Both the position numbers and the translations under genes were made by a program. Positions 50,048 through 62,449 of a stretch of 64,000 nucleotides of DNA are shown piece by piece. Where the stretch lies: the NCBI RefSeq assembly GCF_018977255.1, contig NW_024704749.1, positions 16,740,001 to 16,804,000 of the forward strand. The letters are read 5' to 3'. Numbering within the stretch: the first letter of the stretch is position 1; the number at the start of each line of letters is the position of its first letter. The notes beneath the pieces are model-generated. The model was not told the DNA's origin and ran no database searches. It worked only from the letters and a program-made list of their open reading frames with translations. Source of the DNA: Callorhinchus milii. Taxonomy: Eukaryota.

Positions 50048-50789
50048 CTAGGAAGTAAAACAAACATAAAAAAGTTACGTTTTCTGGATTAACATTCAGA
50101 CCTATAGTCTTTAGGTGTTTCAGCTGCAGTTAGATTTGTATTCAGTTCAGTAATGAAGGGGAGACAGTGCCAGTAGGGGGTTCCTACAGTAGCAAACATG
50201 TGTTTCAACATGTGTTTAAATAGAGCTGGATTTTGGACATAGAGGTACACACACTGAAATGTTTTCGCCGTCACCATATAAAGCTCACACTTGTGTGAGG
50301 CACTGAATCAGGCTTGGGAATATATACCTGAGCAGGAGTCAAGGCATACAAATTGTGCAGCAAAATCTGCTCTATGGGCCATCACAAATTGTAATTCATC
50401 TTTATTGCAAATCAGATGTACAGGCAAGCATCCATCCTGCTTGTAACAATTATACACAGGTCCTAAATGACTGGTGTCAAAATGGCACATTATAGAAAAA
50501 ATTTAGATGAATTAATGAATAATGGGCACGAACGGTACCAATAACAGAATGGTCCTATCGTGCTGTGCCCAGCACTCCCTAAATCAAACTGAAACCTGCA
50601 GGAACAAACAAGGCACACACAGTACAGTTCGCAAAGGTTTATCTTTATGCTTCATCTCCAACTTTATAACAATGATCCCGGCACTTGAAATAATGCCTAA
50701 CATTGAAAAGGTCTCCAAGTTCTTCAAAGTTTCTATTAAGCATAGTGACTGAATTGAAATTAGCCTAACTCAGTTTATACTACTACAAC

Positions 50790-51080
50790 AACTTGCATTC
50801 ATATAGCACCTTTCACATCAGGAAGCCACGGAATTTAGTGCGGGAGGACACGAGCTGCAGAGCTCCAAACAATCTGCAGCTTGTGGAGGGAAGTGTTGGG
50901 AAGTCCGGCAAACAGGGAATTAGCATAATCAAGCTTGGATGTGTGGGACATTGCTGTGCAAATTGGGCTGTTCACCGACAAATACACAGTCAATCCATTT
51001 CACAGACAACACTGTGAAGTGCTTTGGGATATCCTCCCAACGTGAAAAGTCCTACATCAAATGCAAGGATTATTACTATA
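50790..51080. mobile_element. L2-type tail fragment (minus) abutting a SINE 3' half (plus, 50940-51080)
   Basis: acttgcattcatatagcacctttcac on one side and gtgggacattgctgtgcaaattgg...aaatgcaaggattatt on the other. Confidence 0.6.
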
Positions 51081-54000
51081 ATAAACGGGTAAGGGAATAA
51101 CACGTAGAACAGACATTAAAGATAAAAGCAGAGTTGCAAATGTGCACGGAGATGAAGATGAACAGCAAACGGAATAAACTCTATACGCACACGTGCAAAT
51201 AAATCATGGGACCAGAGTAAGAGCACAATGTTGCAATAGTGCACAAAAAGGCACAGAAATTAGCAACAAAATTAACTCAACTTTATTTGCAACACATGTC
51301 AAAGTGGATTATGGAACCAGTAGAAAAGTTACATTCTTTTTTTTGATGACTCCCATCCTTGTAGCACTGAGACGAGCCATTAACATTGTGATCCACAACC
51401 CAGCGAGACGTTTAGTGTCAGCCCTCAAAAATTGCAATCGTTGAGTCCATGCAAGCATCCAGTAGCAGATGGACATCCATTTACAATGAATACAACAGTT
51501 TCTGTAAGAATTCAGTCAAATGAAAAGCTTGGCTGCCTCCACAGCAGCCGCCTGCTTCCACCTGTCTGTATCCACAAACACTGTGAATAGGAGCTCTGTC
51601 ATGCTAATGTAGAATAGGGCACTGCACAACAATGTGATCTGTAGCCGTAATCAATTCTGGTTTCTACGGATAGCAGCTTGAGGTGCTTATTCTATCCACA
51701 GAGTATAAAGACCCACAGTGAAGAAATGGGGAGGAATAAAACAGCAGCTTGTTCTTAAAGGACTGCCGTGAGCACATTAACATTAGCATGCTAACATGGT
51801 GCTAGAATATTCTGAATCTGATTTGTTAGAAATAAAAGGAGTTACAAAGTTAAAGTGCCAATTACAAGAATTGGATCAAAACTATTTTTCTTTAAGTTTG
51901 AAGTGCAAATAGGCATTATCGGACAGGATTTAAAACTCGTTTTTAAAAAATTAGAACAATGGCCAAGTCATAGAGGAAGCAAGTAACATTTTAAAGCATA
52001 GAAAATCTAATACTGACTACATCCTGAGGAGAAAGGGAATACAAGATAGAACAGGAGACATCTTACAAATTACTCTATCGTTCTTTACTGCTGATCTGGA
52101 AAAGCAAATGTTTGCCTTGTTGCACAGACAATCGAGTTTATAATCAATACCACAATCCTAGAAGTCAGCAAACGGCGCAAAGTTCCACAACTACCACCTC
52201 TTAGCAGCTCAGATTCTAAGTAAGGTAAACAGTAATAGAGAATGTGTGATAAACACAAACCTGTGAACCTGGCCAATGCACCCAATGCAGTGACACAACT
52301 GAGCTAGTAGTTAGCAAGAGACTGGGGTCCTTCACCAGATATATTAATATGCATCTTGGATACTGGTTATATTTTTGCTGCCACTGTAAAACTAGAAAAT
52401 AGGACTGTACTTAAATCAAGAGTGCAAGAATATAAACAGTAGAGGAGAATTCTGCACAATGTAGGACAATCTAAAAACACTCACTTTCCACGCCTTGCCC
52501 CCTAGCACTATAGTATCTCACAACACTATCTACCCAAATCAGTCAAGTGACTCCCAACATGAGTTTGCTAATATTCCTTTCTTACTTTTGCCCAATTAAT
52601 GCTGACAGATGTTAAACTGAATTGACAGTTGAACTAACAACCGGGTTCAACAAATCTTCAGCTAGATTAGCTTATTATCTGTTAAATTTTAAACTATTGA
52701 AATTCAGTTTCGACTAAAATAATGGACCATTTAGCAATTATTAACATTTGTACATGTTATTGGCACAGTTCCTTGGCTAAGTCAACCCACACGACAGTCT
52801 GCAGAATGCCACTGCAAGTTATCCAAGAGCAGTCGGGTGCAACCATTTTTCGAGCGTATCCTCCTTAGTGTGTAGTGATTAGGTCTCTATTCTGTGCCCA
52901 GCAAACAGTGAGCCAAGATGACCAACTCTATAAGAAACTTGAGATGCAAACCCACACACTGTAAACCCATTGCCAGAAGTGTCCTGTGAAAGTGTAACTT
53001 CCTAGGTAGTTCAAGCAGTAAAAGTTCACTTCAATGAACGAACGGGCTGCAATTAATTGATCATTGGAAGTAAACTCTTTCCTGCTTTAATCTTGAGGGA
53101 AGAATAGTTCCATCAAATAATTGACAGTGTGAGCTGTTGGGTAAAAGCATATCTAGAGGCAGAACAGATACTGCCCTCCTTAATCACTCAGAGCATATTA
53201 AATGATACAAAGAGTTTAGTGCCACAATCTAAATTCGACATAAGGACGTTGAATGTAAATCAGCACACCTAACTAAGTACTCAGTACACTTTTAAATATT
53301 TACAAAAAAAATCTCCTGAAGTAGCTCTCATAGATGTACACACGGATTCTCACACCAGCTCCACAGACATATAGGAAGTAATTCTGAAATATCTAATCTG
53401 CCCAATTCCACCATTCCAGTTCAGGGAACATGCTATAAACTGCTTGCTTCAGAAAATGGAGAATGAGAGAATAGAATAAACAAAGAAAAAGGGAAATATG
53501 TGGGAACATTAGTGCCCAAACAATGAACTCTAATGTGGTCTCATTGTTTTCTTACCCATTTCATTGATATCAATCCTAACCATAAACAGTCATCACATTC
53601 ATAAAATAATAAAAGCATTTGATATAGTGCCCTACCACATAATCAAAACACCTCAAAGTGCTTTACAAGATTTTACTGCAAGGTGCAGCGACTGTTTATT
53701 TTTAGGCAAGTGTGACAGGTGATCCTCTGTGTTTGACAGGAGAAACTATTTCACTCTTATCCATTACTGGCTATCATAAACACACTCGGCAGTTTGATAG
53801 TTTTCCATTTGTACATAATAAAACCTAATGTAAACAATTGATTGTTAAGGGCAAACTAATGTAAATATTATTTAGATACGAGGAAATTAAAACCAATGTA
53901 ATCCTGGTTTGACATGAAGTTAAAACTATTATATACTGGACTGTTATGAGGAAATTACCACATAACAGTTGCAAACACTCATCATTTCGTCTGGACATAC

Positions 54001-54989
54001 AAATCAGACTCTGACACATGGTCAGCAAAAACAAACCAAGGTTATTAAAGAATTCCTGTGCAACAATTTCAAAGCTACAGATTCACCTCAGCGTTAGGAG
54101 GACTCTATAAACATCTTAAAAATGTATTTTTCACAGATAGCTCTCTGAAACCCTGAATCAGATTAACGTACTATAACTACTCCAGGGGATCTGTTAGGCT
54201 CTAGATATCTCACTGACACGGCATTTTTGGAGAATCCAATTATTAGATGCAATTTATTCTCAATTAATTCTCACAATTTATTCTATATTGATTACATGCT
54301 GCATTTACCTGATGTCAAATTGGCGATGTAAGTCTATTTCCCATTGGCGGTTGTGTACATCAAAAGAGGAGACTTCTACAAGCACCTCCAATGATAGCAT
54401 TGCACCAGCAGCATGAACAGAATAAGACTCTCCACAAGTTGTTAAGAATAGCCATTCATCAGAACATGCTCACACTGAGAGAGAAGGCTGAGACTCATGG
54501 GTGGTAAGTTATTACGCTTGAAGAAAGACGCTCAAACTCCTCTTGACTGCTGCAACATGTCTGTTTGCTAAGACCGAATTAATCTAATACAGGGACATGA
54601 AATTTCTTCCCTCCCCCAAATGATCTGGCATAGTTTCACAGGCACTTGCAGCAGCTACAGATTTCTCAATCTTGCCCCCACCTTTCCTAACTAACTGGAT
54701 CGTTGAGCAACCCTGTGGTTCTTTTACTGGCAAGGATCAGCAAACTCAGCACAGGCTTTTCAGAGAGCTGTGGTTTTTATGGTTCATTACCACACAAAGT
54801 AATGAATTTCTCACCTGACCCTTTTGGCAGTAAATGGTTTGGTTCAGCCAGAATCTAAATCTCAATAAAACCAAATGCCATTTAAAAATGTACAAGTCCT
54901 GCAAAGTTCTCCCAATAAGTGGTCCTGCAAGATGAGTACATATCCATTTACAGAAAGAGTGTATTTCTGGCTTTTATCGCATGAGATGT

Positions 54990-55575
54990 GTCATCCTTCA
55001 GATGAGACGTTAAACCGAATCCCTATCTGTCTGCTCAGGTGGATGTTAAAGATCCTGTGGCACTATTTGAAAAGAGACAAGAATTTCTTCTAGTGTCCTG
55101 GTCAAAAATCCCCCAAATAAAATTGATCTTTCACTTCATGACTGTTTGACGTTGATCATTGCTGTGCACAAATTGACTGCTGTTTGAGCCAACAAAAGAC
55201 ACACAGAGTAGAGTGGGTGTTCTGAAAGGATGGGATCAGATGGGCCAAAGGTCCTTCATCCAGACCAATCTTGTGAAGTATAAGCACACAAATCAATTTT
55301 CCTCTGTAACAGCATTCCCATCTCTGAATCAGAAGATTTGGGGGGGGGTTCAAGATTGGATGTTAAAGATTTTATGGCACCATTCAAAAAGGGGAGTTTT
55401 GCCAGGCCAATAATTCCCAATAAAATTGGTAATTCACTTAGTGGCTGTTTGTGGGATGTTGCTTTAAGAAAATTAGCTGCCATGTTGGCCTATAAAATAC
55501 ACACATACAGTAAATCCTTTGAAGCCTTTCAGACATTTTGCTGACACAAGGCATGAAAGCAAATGCAAGTATTAA
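54990..55575 (+). mobile_element. Two old Deu-domain SINE copies in tandem (about 54990-55195 and 55355-55575)
   Basis: gatgagacgttaaaccg...caggtggatgttaaagatcc.tggcactatttgaa matches the recalled DeuSINE central domain. Confidence 0.7.
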
Positions 55576-55789
55576 ACCCCCCACTGCTGCACATTAAATG
55601 CTGCACTACAGGATTAAGCTACAAGGGCACACAAGTTTCTAAAAAAGGCATTTAGCTGAATAATAAGTAAGCGGGGCCAGATTTGAGGAAACAGTAGATA
55701 TGGCAACTTCATACTGAAGAACAATTGATTACGCATGCATTTGAAAGAACAGGTCGCTGGAAGGTAGAAGGTGCAGTCAAAAAGGATAA

Positions 55790-55990
55790 TTTTGCAATGG
55801 CCTTAGTTAGACGGGCCAATGGAGCCGGGCATGGATGGGCTCACGAAGTTTGGCGCAGGAGAGAAGGCAGGATGCAGAGTTCCAGAGTTTGCAGAGAATA
55901 CAACAGGTGCTGGTGTTGAAGTCGAGGCTCGAGATAAAGGCAAACCGAGAATTGCATTTTGTTGCGGGTAATGTAGTGATGGAGGGGAGC
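55790..55990 (-). mobile_element. L2 ORF2 remnant
   Basis: The minus strand translates as WNSASCLLSCAKLREPIHARLHWPV, resembling L2 QNSAAR...HITP.L..LHWLPV. Confidence 0.6.
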
Positions 55991-57760
55991 AGTGTTGAGG
56001 AGATTGTCCATTTTTGCTTTTTTTTCTGAGGCCTGGCAACCAGGAGATAATTAGTTCAGCAATTTTGTACATACACACATGCCACATGCACACCTCTCTG
56101 CAGTCCAACCTTCATAAGCAGGTGTAAGTCATACTGACCCGGGCAATTTGGCATCTGCTGTTGCACATTTAAGGTACCAGAAACTCTCAAAAACATTTTA
56201 ATGAATTTTAACAAGTAATCGTCAGCATTTGAACTTTACAGTCACACTCAATTATAAACTCCCCACTGAACGTTTAACACTGCATGCTGAAAATTGTTGC
56301 ACAAGGCCATTAAGCCACAAGGATACCAATCACTTCCCAAAAAAGGTCATTTAGCTGAATAATAAGTAACCGTGGCCAGACTCGAGAGAAAACTGTAGAT
56401 GTGGCAGCTTCATACAGAATTGATTAGGCATGCATTTGAGAGAACAGATGGTTGGAAATCAGGCTTAGTAATATTCTTTTAAAATTGCCTCATATGCCTT
56501 CAAGCTATTATAAGAGGAAAATAAATACCTCATTCTCATAATGTAATGGCAGGTTGAAGAATATGCCACGTCTCCAGATAGAAACAGCCTGTTTGGTGAT
56601 AATCCTGGATCCATTTTTGGCCACATTTACATGAGTGAGCAGTAATTGACAGTCTGAATTACTTAAGAGTAATTGACTTCATCAAAATATTTAAGCATCT
56701 ACATCTACAAAACAGTTGGAAGTACTATTCAGTTGCAAAAGTGAGTTGAAGAGAACAGCTTCGCACATCAACCAAGAGTACTTTTTGCCCCCCAGTCAGA
56801 AGATGCAACAGAATAGATCTTATGAGAAACTACACTTATTTGGCAGAAAATATAATATTTTTGGAGTGGGGAGGTAAGAGAAAGGCTGAAAGATACATTT
56901 GAGATTTAAAGTACTGTACTTTCTGCTCGTACATTTTTTTCTCCAAATCTGGAGAAAAGTTGTACTCTAGTTCTCCCACATCAGGAATATTGATTTACAT
57001 CGGGAGCTGGAAATATTTCAGCTTCAACGTAAAAGGGCAGAGTCACTTAAAAGTGTTGACTAATATTCAGGATCACTAGCCATTTGTCACATGGAGATGA
57101 TTACAAACATCTAATCTGATCAGATAAACATTCTGTCAAAAACACACCGAAGACTCAGTGAACCAAACACGCTGATGTAAGACCTTTGCAAATGTGAGGT
57201 ACTATACTCGATAAGTTGCTAGAAAAGTGGCTACGGGGGAGAAGCTTACTCTGCGGTAAACAATTTGGGAATGAAACGTTTAGGCATCTATAAATATGTA
57301 ATATCAACGTGTAAGCACCTTTCAGTTCATAATGGTTTGCTTTAAAGAGATCGGAAGTGTTCTTATTTTAAAAAAGATAATTTGGGAAGTGAAGGAAGAC
57401 ATCAAAACGATCTTCCACTTCAGGAAACGGTGCACTCAGAACTTCCAATACGATGTCTCCAAACTACGTTCCTTTCATTTGCTGAATACACTAAAACCGA
57501 TTTACAATAATAATAATAATCCTTGCATTTGATATATGTTCCTGTAATCAAAAACTACACGATCAGAGCAAAAAAAAACATACGTTTGGAGCAGCCCTGT
57601 CGTTTTGATTGAGAAAAGGAGTCGTTCTTTTAACATTCGGGAACTGATATTAAAAAGCTGAATATTGGACCCAACGCTGTTAAGGTCACGCGTTGGCCAC
57701 GCAAAGGAGACGATGTGAACAGCCACGAAGCCCAATACGCGTGGGGTAAGCAAAACCCGG

Positions 57761-58072
57761 GTGGAGTCCTGTCGCTCAGTGGTTAGAGCACTCGCTTTGC
57801 AAGTGAGAGACCTGAGTTCAATCCCAGGCAGAGGGCGAAACCTCGGGCAAGTTTCCTTACTCCACACAGAGCCTAATAATAATCCCTCCAAAACAATAAT
57901 AAATTGGTCATTTTCAATCTACCACACTTTGTGGGACATTGCTGTGCGCCATTGGCTGCCGCGTTCGCCCACAAATATACAGTCGATTCACTTGACAGTG
58001 TGTTCTGTGAAGCGCTTTGGGACGTCCTCCCGACGTGAAAAGCGCTATATGAAATGCGAGGATTATTATTAT
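57761..58072 (+). mobile_element. Full-length tRNA-Ala-derived SINE, young copy in qsox2 intron 1
   Basis: tRNA head with stem-loop CTCGC-TTTGCAA-GTGAG (TGC anticodon), A and B boxes, (ATT)n tail. Confidence 0.93.
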
Positions 58073-58899
58073 CATCGTTATAATTGGCGAAGGCCGACAA
58101 AGACCGTCGGGGCCCCTTTCAAAAATTAACGGGAGATGAAAGCTCAGCCATGAAAAACCGGGCGCGGGCGCTGTGCTGCCCAACGCCTCCCGACAAACGC
58201 GACGATGATTTTCGCACGTTTCGCGAAAGAGAGAGAGAGAAGAAATAATTTTAAAAAAACATGACCGTCCCCCCGTCCCCTCCCTCCCTCCCTCCCTCTA
58301 AAAAAGGGCATCACAGCCCCGGTCTGTGCGCAGAGGAACTGCACAAACTTCCCAATGTAAGGGTCGGGGAGGGAAGGGGGGGAAGGGGAGGGGGGGGGAT
58401 TGCCAAACCCGAACAAAGAACAACCCTCATCATCAGCTCCAAGAAGAAGAAGAAAGAAGAAGAAGAAAAAAAAGGCCCCCCAGTTAAAGACAAGCAAAGG
58501 GCTTCCCCGAAAGCCTGGGGGGGGGGGCGGTGTTGGGCGGTGTCGGCGGCGGTGGTGTTGGTCGGTGTCGGTGGTGTTGGCCGGTGGGGAAAAAACACAA
58601 CTCGCACAAGGGAATGAAAACCCGACGGGGGTGGGTGGGTGGGGTGGGGGGGGGGGTTACGTTTTCCACCCCCCCACCCACGAAAAAAAAACCCGCACTT
58701 GTTTTTTTTTCCGCGAAAAAAAACCGTCCAGAGTCAGTCTCTGTCTCTCTCTCTCTGTGTCTCTCTCTCTCTGCCGCCGCCGCAGACAAACACCAGCGAC
58801 CGGCGGCAAGTTTCTGGTGGCGGGGGGAACGAAACCCGGGGGGTGGGTGTGGGAGAGAAAGAAAATATATAATTTTTTTTTAATCGTTTGACAAACTTT

Positions 58900-59560
58900 T
58901 GTGTGGAGAAGGAAGGAAGGAAGGAGGGGAGGGAGGGAGGAAGGAAGGGTGGGGGGTGGGGAGGGTCGCTCGGTGTCCTCAGGCCGCCTCAGACCACTTA
59001 CCTACTCAACCCCCACCACCCACCCACCCCCTTCCCCTCCAGCCGGGCTCACCCACCTCTCACGTCGCCGGCCAGCGCCTTCCAGGTGGGCGCGTAGTTG
59101 ACGCAGTGGCCGCACCAGGACGAGTAGAACTCCACCACCCAGGCGCTCGTCGAGTTCCTCAGGAGCCTCTGGGCGCTTCCCGCCTCCAGGACCACCACCC
59201 GGTCGCGGCCCCGGTACAGCTTGTCGGCCTGGGCCTGGGCCGGGGCGGGCAGCAGCGGCAGGAGGAGGAGGAGGAGGGAGGAGGCCGTGAAAGCGCCTCG
59301 ACTCCGGCGCTCTCCCCTCGCGCTCGGCGCCATCTTGTCAACTGCCGTCGTCCGGCGGCGGCTCGCGCTTCTCCCCTTCACCCTGCCAACCGCCGGGGGG
59401 GCGGGGCCTGGCCTCGTCGCCAGGGGCAACGGGCCCGTCCTCCCGCCCCCCCGCCCTCCCGCCCGCGGCCCCATTCACAAATCCGCCGGCTGCCGCTCTT
59501 ACGCATTTAAAGGGGACGCCGTCATTTAAAGGGGCGTGCGGACGCCCATCTGTTCCGAGG
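58900..59560 (-). promoter_or_regulatory. CpG-island promoter and first exon of qsox2
   Basis: Very GC- and CpG-rich. GC box GGGGCGGGGC at 59398-59407, YY1-like CAAGATGGCGCC at 59326-59337, and a duplicated CCCCTTTAAATG at 59504-59534. Confidence 0.85.
59057..59333 (-). CDS. qsox2: QSOX2 exon 1: signal peptide and Trx1 start (MAPSARGE...FYSSWCGHCVNYAPTWKALAGDVR)
   Basis: WCGHC active site, Leu-rich signal peptide, Kozak aagATGG, donor G|gtgggt in phase 1. The start could instead be the in-frame ATG at 59472-59474. Confidence 0.93.
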
Positions 59561-59633
59561 TGTTCTTTCTTCTTGTTATTATTGTTGTTGTTGTTCTTAC
59601 TTTACAGGAGGAAGCTGCACACAGACCCTCCTG

Positions 59634-59745
59634 GTTTTCGCCCACGAAGTATTCCACCTTGCGGGACATTCCGCGAGGCGCTTTGAGGCGTCTCAAAGAC
59701 GTGATAAGGCGCTCTGTCCAATGCAAGGATTATTGTTTATGTTTA
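59634..59745 (+). mobile_element. SINE tail directly upstream of the qsox2 promoter
   Basis: ttttcgcccacgaag...gcgctttgaggcgtctcaaagacgtgataaggcgct...aatgcaaggattatt. Confidence 0.75.
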
Positions 59746-59850
59746 TTACATGGGTGACCCCGCCCCCCGCCCCGATACTAGCATTACGTTGCATTGTGAT
59801 TATTTAACGGCATTGCATTACAAACTATACCTATTTATTAATCCTACCTC

Positions 59851-60175
59851 GTGGAGTCCTGTGGCTCAGTGGTTAGAGCATTCGCTTTGCATAGCGAGAG
59901 ACCTGAGTTCAATTCCAGGCAGAGGGCGAAACCTCGGGCAAGTTTCTTTACTCCACACAGAGCCTAATAATAATCCCTCCAAAACCAAAAACAATAATAA
60001 ATTGGTCATTTTCAATCTTCGACTGTTTGTGGGACATTGCTGTGCGCAATTGGCTGCCGCGTTCGCCCACAAATATACAGTCAATTCACTTTACAGTGTG
60101 TTCTGTGAAGCGCTTTGGGACGTCCTCCCGATGTGAAAAGCGCTATATCAAATGCAAGGATTATTATTATTATTA
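59851..60175 (+). mobile_element. Full-length tRNA-Ala-derived SINE, young copy upstream of qsox2
   Basis: Nearly identical to the copies at 57761 and 61563-61884. Confidence 0.93.
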
Positions 60176-61562
60176 CTTTCCAGCTCTGTTCCCAAGATCC
60201 CTTAATATTTTTTATTGTCCAGGCGTGTATCCGGTTTCTTTTTTTTAATGTTCCCAGTGATTTAAGTACGCTACAACAGTCAGTTGTGGCAGTGTATCCC
60301 AAATCTCAATAACCCTCCGAATAAAATAAGTTCTTCTCACCTTACGTTTTGTTTATTGCTGGAATTTGCTTTATGGTCTTAGTAGTAATGCAGTGTTTAT
60401 ATCCCAATTGTTGAAACAATGTGCGAAAACAATCTCCTTTCACTTGTATTTGTGCAATTTCGCGGCTCGACCTCAATTGATAGTGGGGGTCACATATTTA
60501 TAATAATGTATAACTTTTTTCATTCGGTAAAGAAGAACAATACATTCAACCAGTTTGTGAAATTCTCCAACTTTATTTCGTTTTCTAAAAAAAACATACA
60601 AAGCCAACATTTTTTTTAAAAAAAACCTTCTTCCATGTCAATATTTGTACAAGAGATAAAAATTTAATATGAGGAATTGTTAAATAATTTGTGGAAAATT
60701 GTTGTGGAATAAAAGGAATCAATGTCATTATCATACATGAACTACAGAAGTAAATACAAAAACAATTCTTTACATATTTAAAGGTGACCTCTTTCTCTCT
60801 GTAGAAATATAATAGGCAAATCTTTAATGTAGAAATATAAATCCACACACTGATAGTGTATCAAACAACCAATGATCATATGCAGTAGAATAATAAACAG
60901 AATTAAAACTTTATTTTAAAATCTAGAATAATTATTATTGGAACAAATGAATTCGATGCAACCTCACAAAAAATTAGTCATATTGGTCCATGTATTGCAA
61001 ATTTAATCGATGTGCTTTGATGTTTTTTTTCTTATCCCTGTTTTTTTCCCACTGCAGGCTACAATGAGGGGTGTAATGTTTTAAAATCAAATTACATCCA
61101 TAAAGCACTTCAACTTCCTTCTAACAGCTCCTCCTGAACTCCTCAAGTAAATTGCAACTTTACACTCACTTCCTGCCATTCACAAAACATCAGGTTCTTA
61201 ATTGTGCAATAAAAGTGTAATTAATTGCCTTGCCATAGCCCCTTTGAATCAAAGTACTGTTATTCCACATTAATGACATTACAGGAATGTGTCACCTCAG
61301 CTATTTGTATCACACTATTCTGGATTTTATTTTTATTAAAACCACACATCGTAAAAAAACATAGAATGCACAGCACAAGTGTATGACTGTAATTTAATTT
61401 CAGGGCCAAATATCATCCATTAAAACATCAGCTCTGCCCTTATTGATCAACATATTATTGTGCATGTGAATTGATCCAATAGTTCACACTGTATCTAGAC
61501 TTTTATAGGTTACCAGAGAATGTATAAACAAAACACTGCAAATACAATGTACATTTCAATAG

Positions 61563-61884
61563 AATAATAACAATAATCCTTCCATTTAATATAGCGCTTT
61601 TCACATCAGAGGACGTCCCAAAGTGTTTCACAGAACACACTGTAAAGTGAATTGACTGTATATTTGTGGGCGAACGCGGCGGCCAATTGCGCACAGCAAT
61701 GTCCCACAAACAGTCGTAGATTGAAAATGACCAATTTATTATTGTTTTTGGTTTTGGAGGGATTATTATTAGGCTCTGTGTGGAGTAAGGAAACTTGCCC
61801 GAGGTTTCGCCCTCTGCCTGGAATTGAACTCAGGTCTCTCACTTGCAAAGCGAGTGCTCTCACCACTGAGCTACAGGACTCCAC
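61563..61884 (-). mobile_element. Full-length tRNA-Ala-derived SINE, young copy just past the CEP350-like stop codon
   Basis: Its reverse complement matches 59851-60175 along the whole length. Confidence 0.93.
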
Positions 61885-62000
61885 GTCAGTAGTCCAGTAT
61901 TCACGTCAACATTTTCCTCAGGCTTCAAATGGCCCAACCAGCCTAAATAATTGCCAAGTAACCTATGTTTAGTCCCCCTTCTTGTCCAGCTAGGACCATT

Positions 62001-62171
62001 CTATTTATTAGGGCTTTGGTCCTGAGATCTCTTTTGAGAGATTCTGTTAAGGGTATCGATGGTGTCATAGATCAGGAGGTTAAAAATTTCCTCAGTCAGT
62101 TTCATCTTCACAGTGAACTCATCGGTCTCATATTCCACCCACTGATTGTTTTCTTCTTGCAATTCCTGAAT
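62001..62171 (-). CDS. ccdc187: Terminal exon of a CEP350-like gene, probable CCDC187 ortholog (IQELQEENNQWVEYETDEFTVKMKLTEEIFNLLIYDTIDTLNRISQKRSQDQSPNK*)
   Basis: Translated by hand, acceptor tgttag, TAG stop at 62001-62003. It resembles the recalled CEP350 C-terminus (QEL.EE..QWV.Y..DE..VKM.L...IF..LI.DTID.LN.IS). The symbol is assigned from synteny. Confidence 0.78.
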   Translation of the reverse strand: MQELQEENNQWVEYETDEFTVKMKLTEEIFNLLIYDTIDTLNRISQKRSQDQSPNK

Positions 62172-62449
62172 CTAACAGTAAAGAGTGAGTTTAGACAATA
62201 GCGATGAAATATTTCATTCTTTATTAAAAAGAATAAAAAGCTTGGTAGAATTAGCTACTTTCCTATTTAAGGTAGTCACTGTAAGCATACCTGTCAGTAA
62301 ATCACACTCCCTGGTAGAGGAGTAGGTAAGACACAGCCAGCACCATGAACAGTCCTCATCGCAGCGACACACGGAGACTGTCACACTCTTATAAGTAGCG
62401 CAGAGCAATGGGTCTGGTCCTTGTGTAAGAGGGATGAACTACAACAGAC

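Larger units (their letters stand above)
28934..59333 (-). other. qsox2: qsox2 gene span: 12 coding exons, 2049 nt CDS, 682 aa
   Basis: The product has Trx WCGHC, ERV/ALR CMEC and CPDC motifs and a C-terminal transmembrane helix. All 11 introns are GT-AG and phase-consistent, and the gene lies next to lhx3. Confidence 0.95.

Noticed and set aside
57761-57835. tRNA-Ala(TGC)-like sequence (also at 59851, 61810-61884 and 26210-26285)
   Set aside because: There is no proper acceptor stem and it continues into the SINE body, so it is a SINE head rather than a tRNA gene.
58144-59529. Many overlapping ORFs on both strands, suggesting an antisense gene
   Set aside because: GC-rich, low-complexity CpG-island sequence is depleted of stop codons. 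Only the WCGHC frame is supported.
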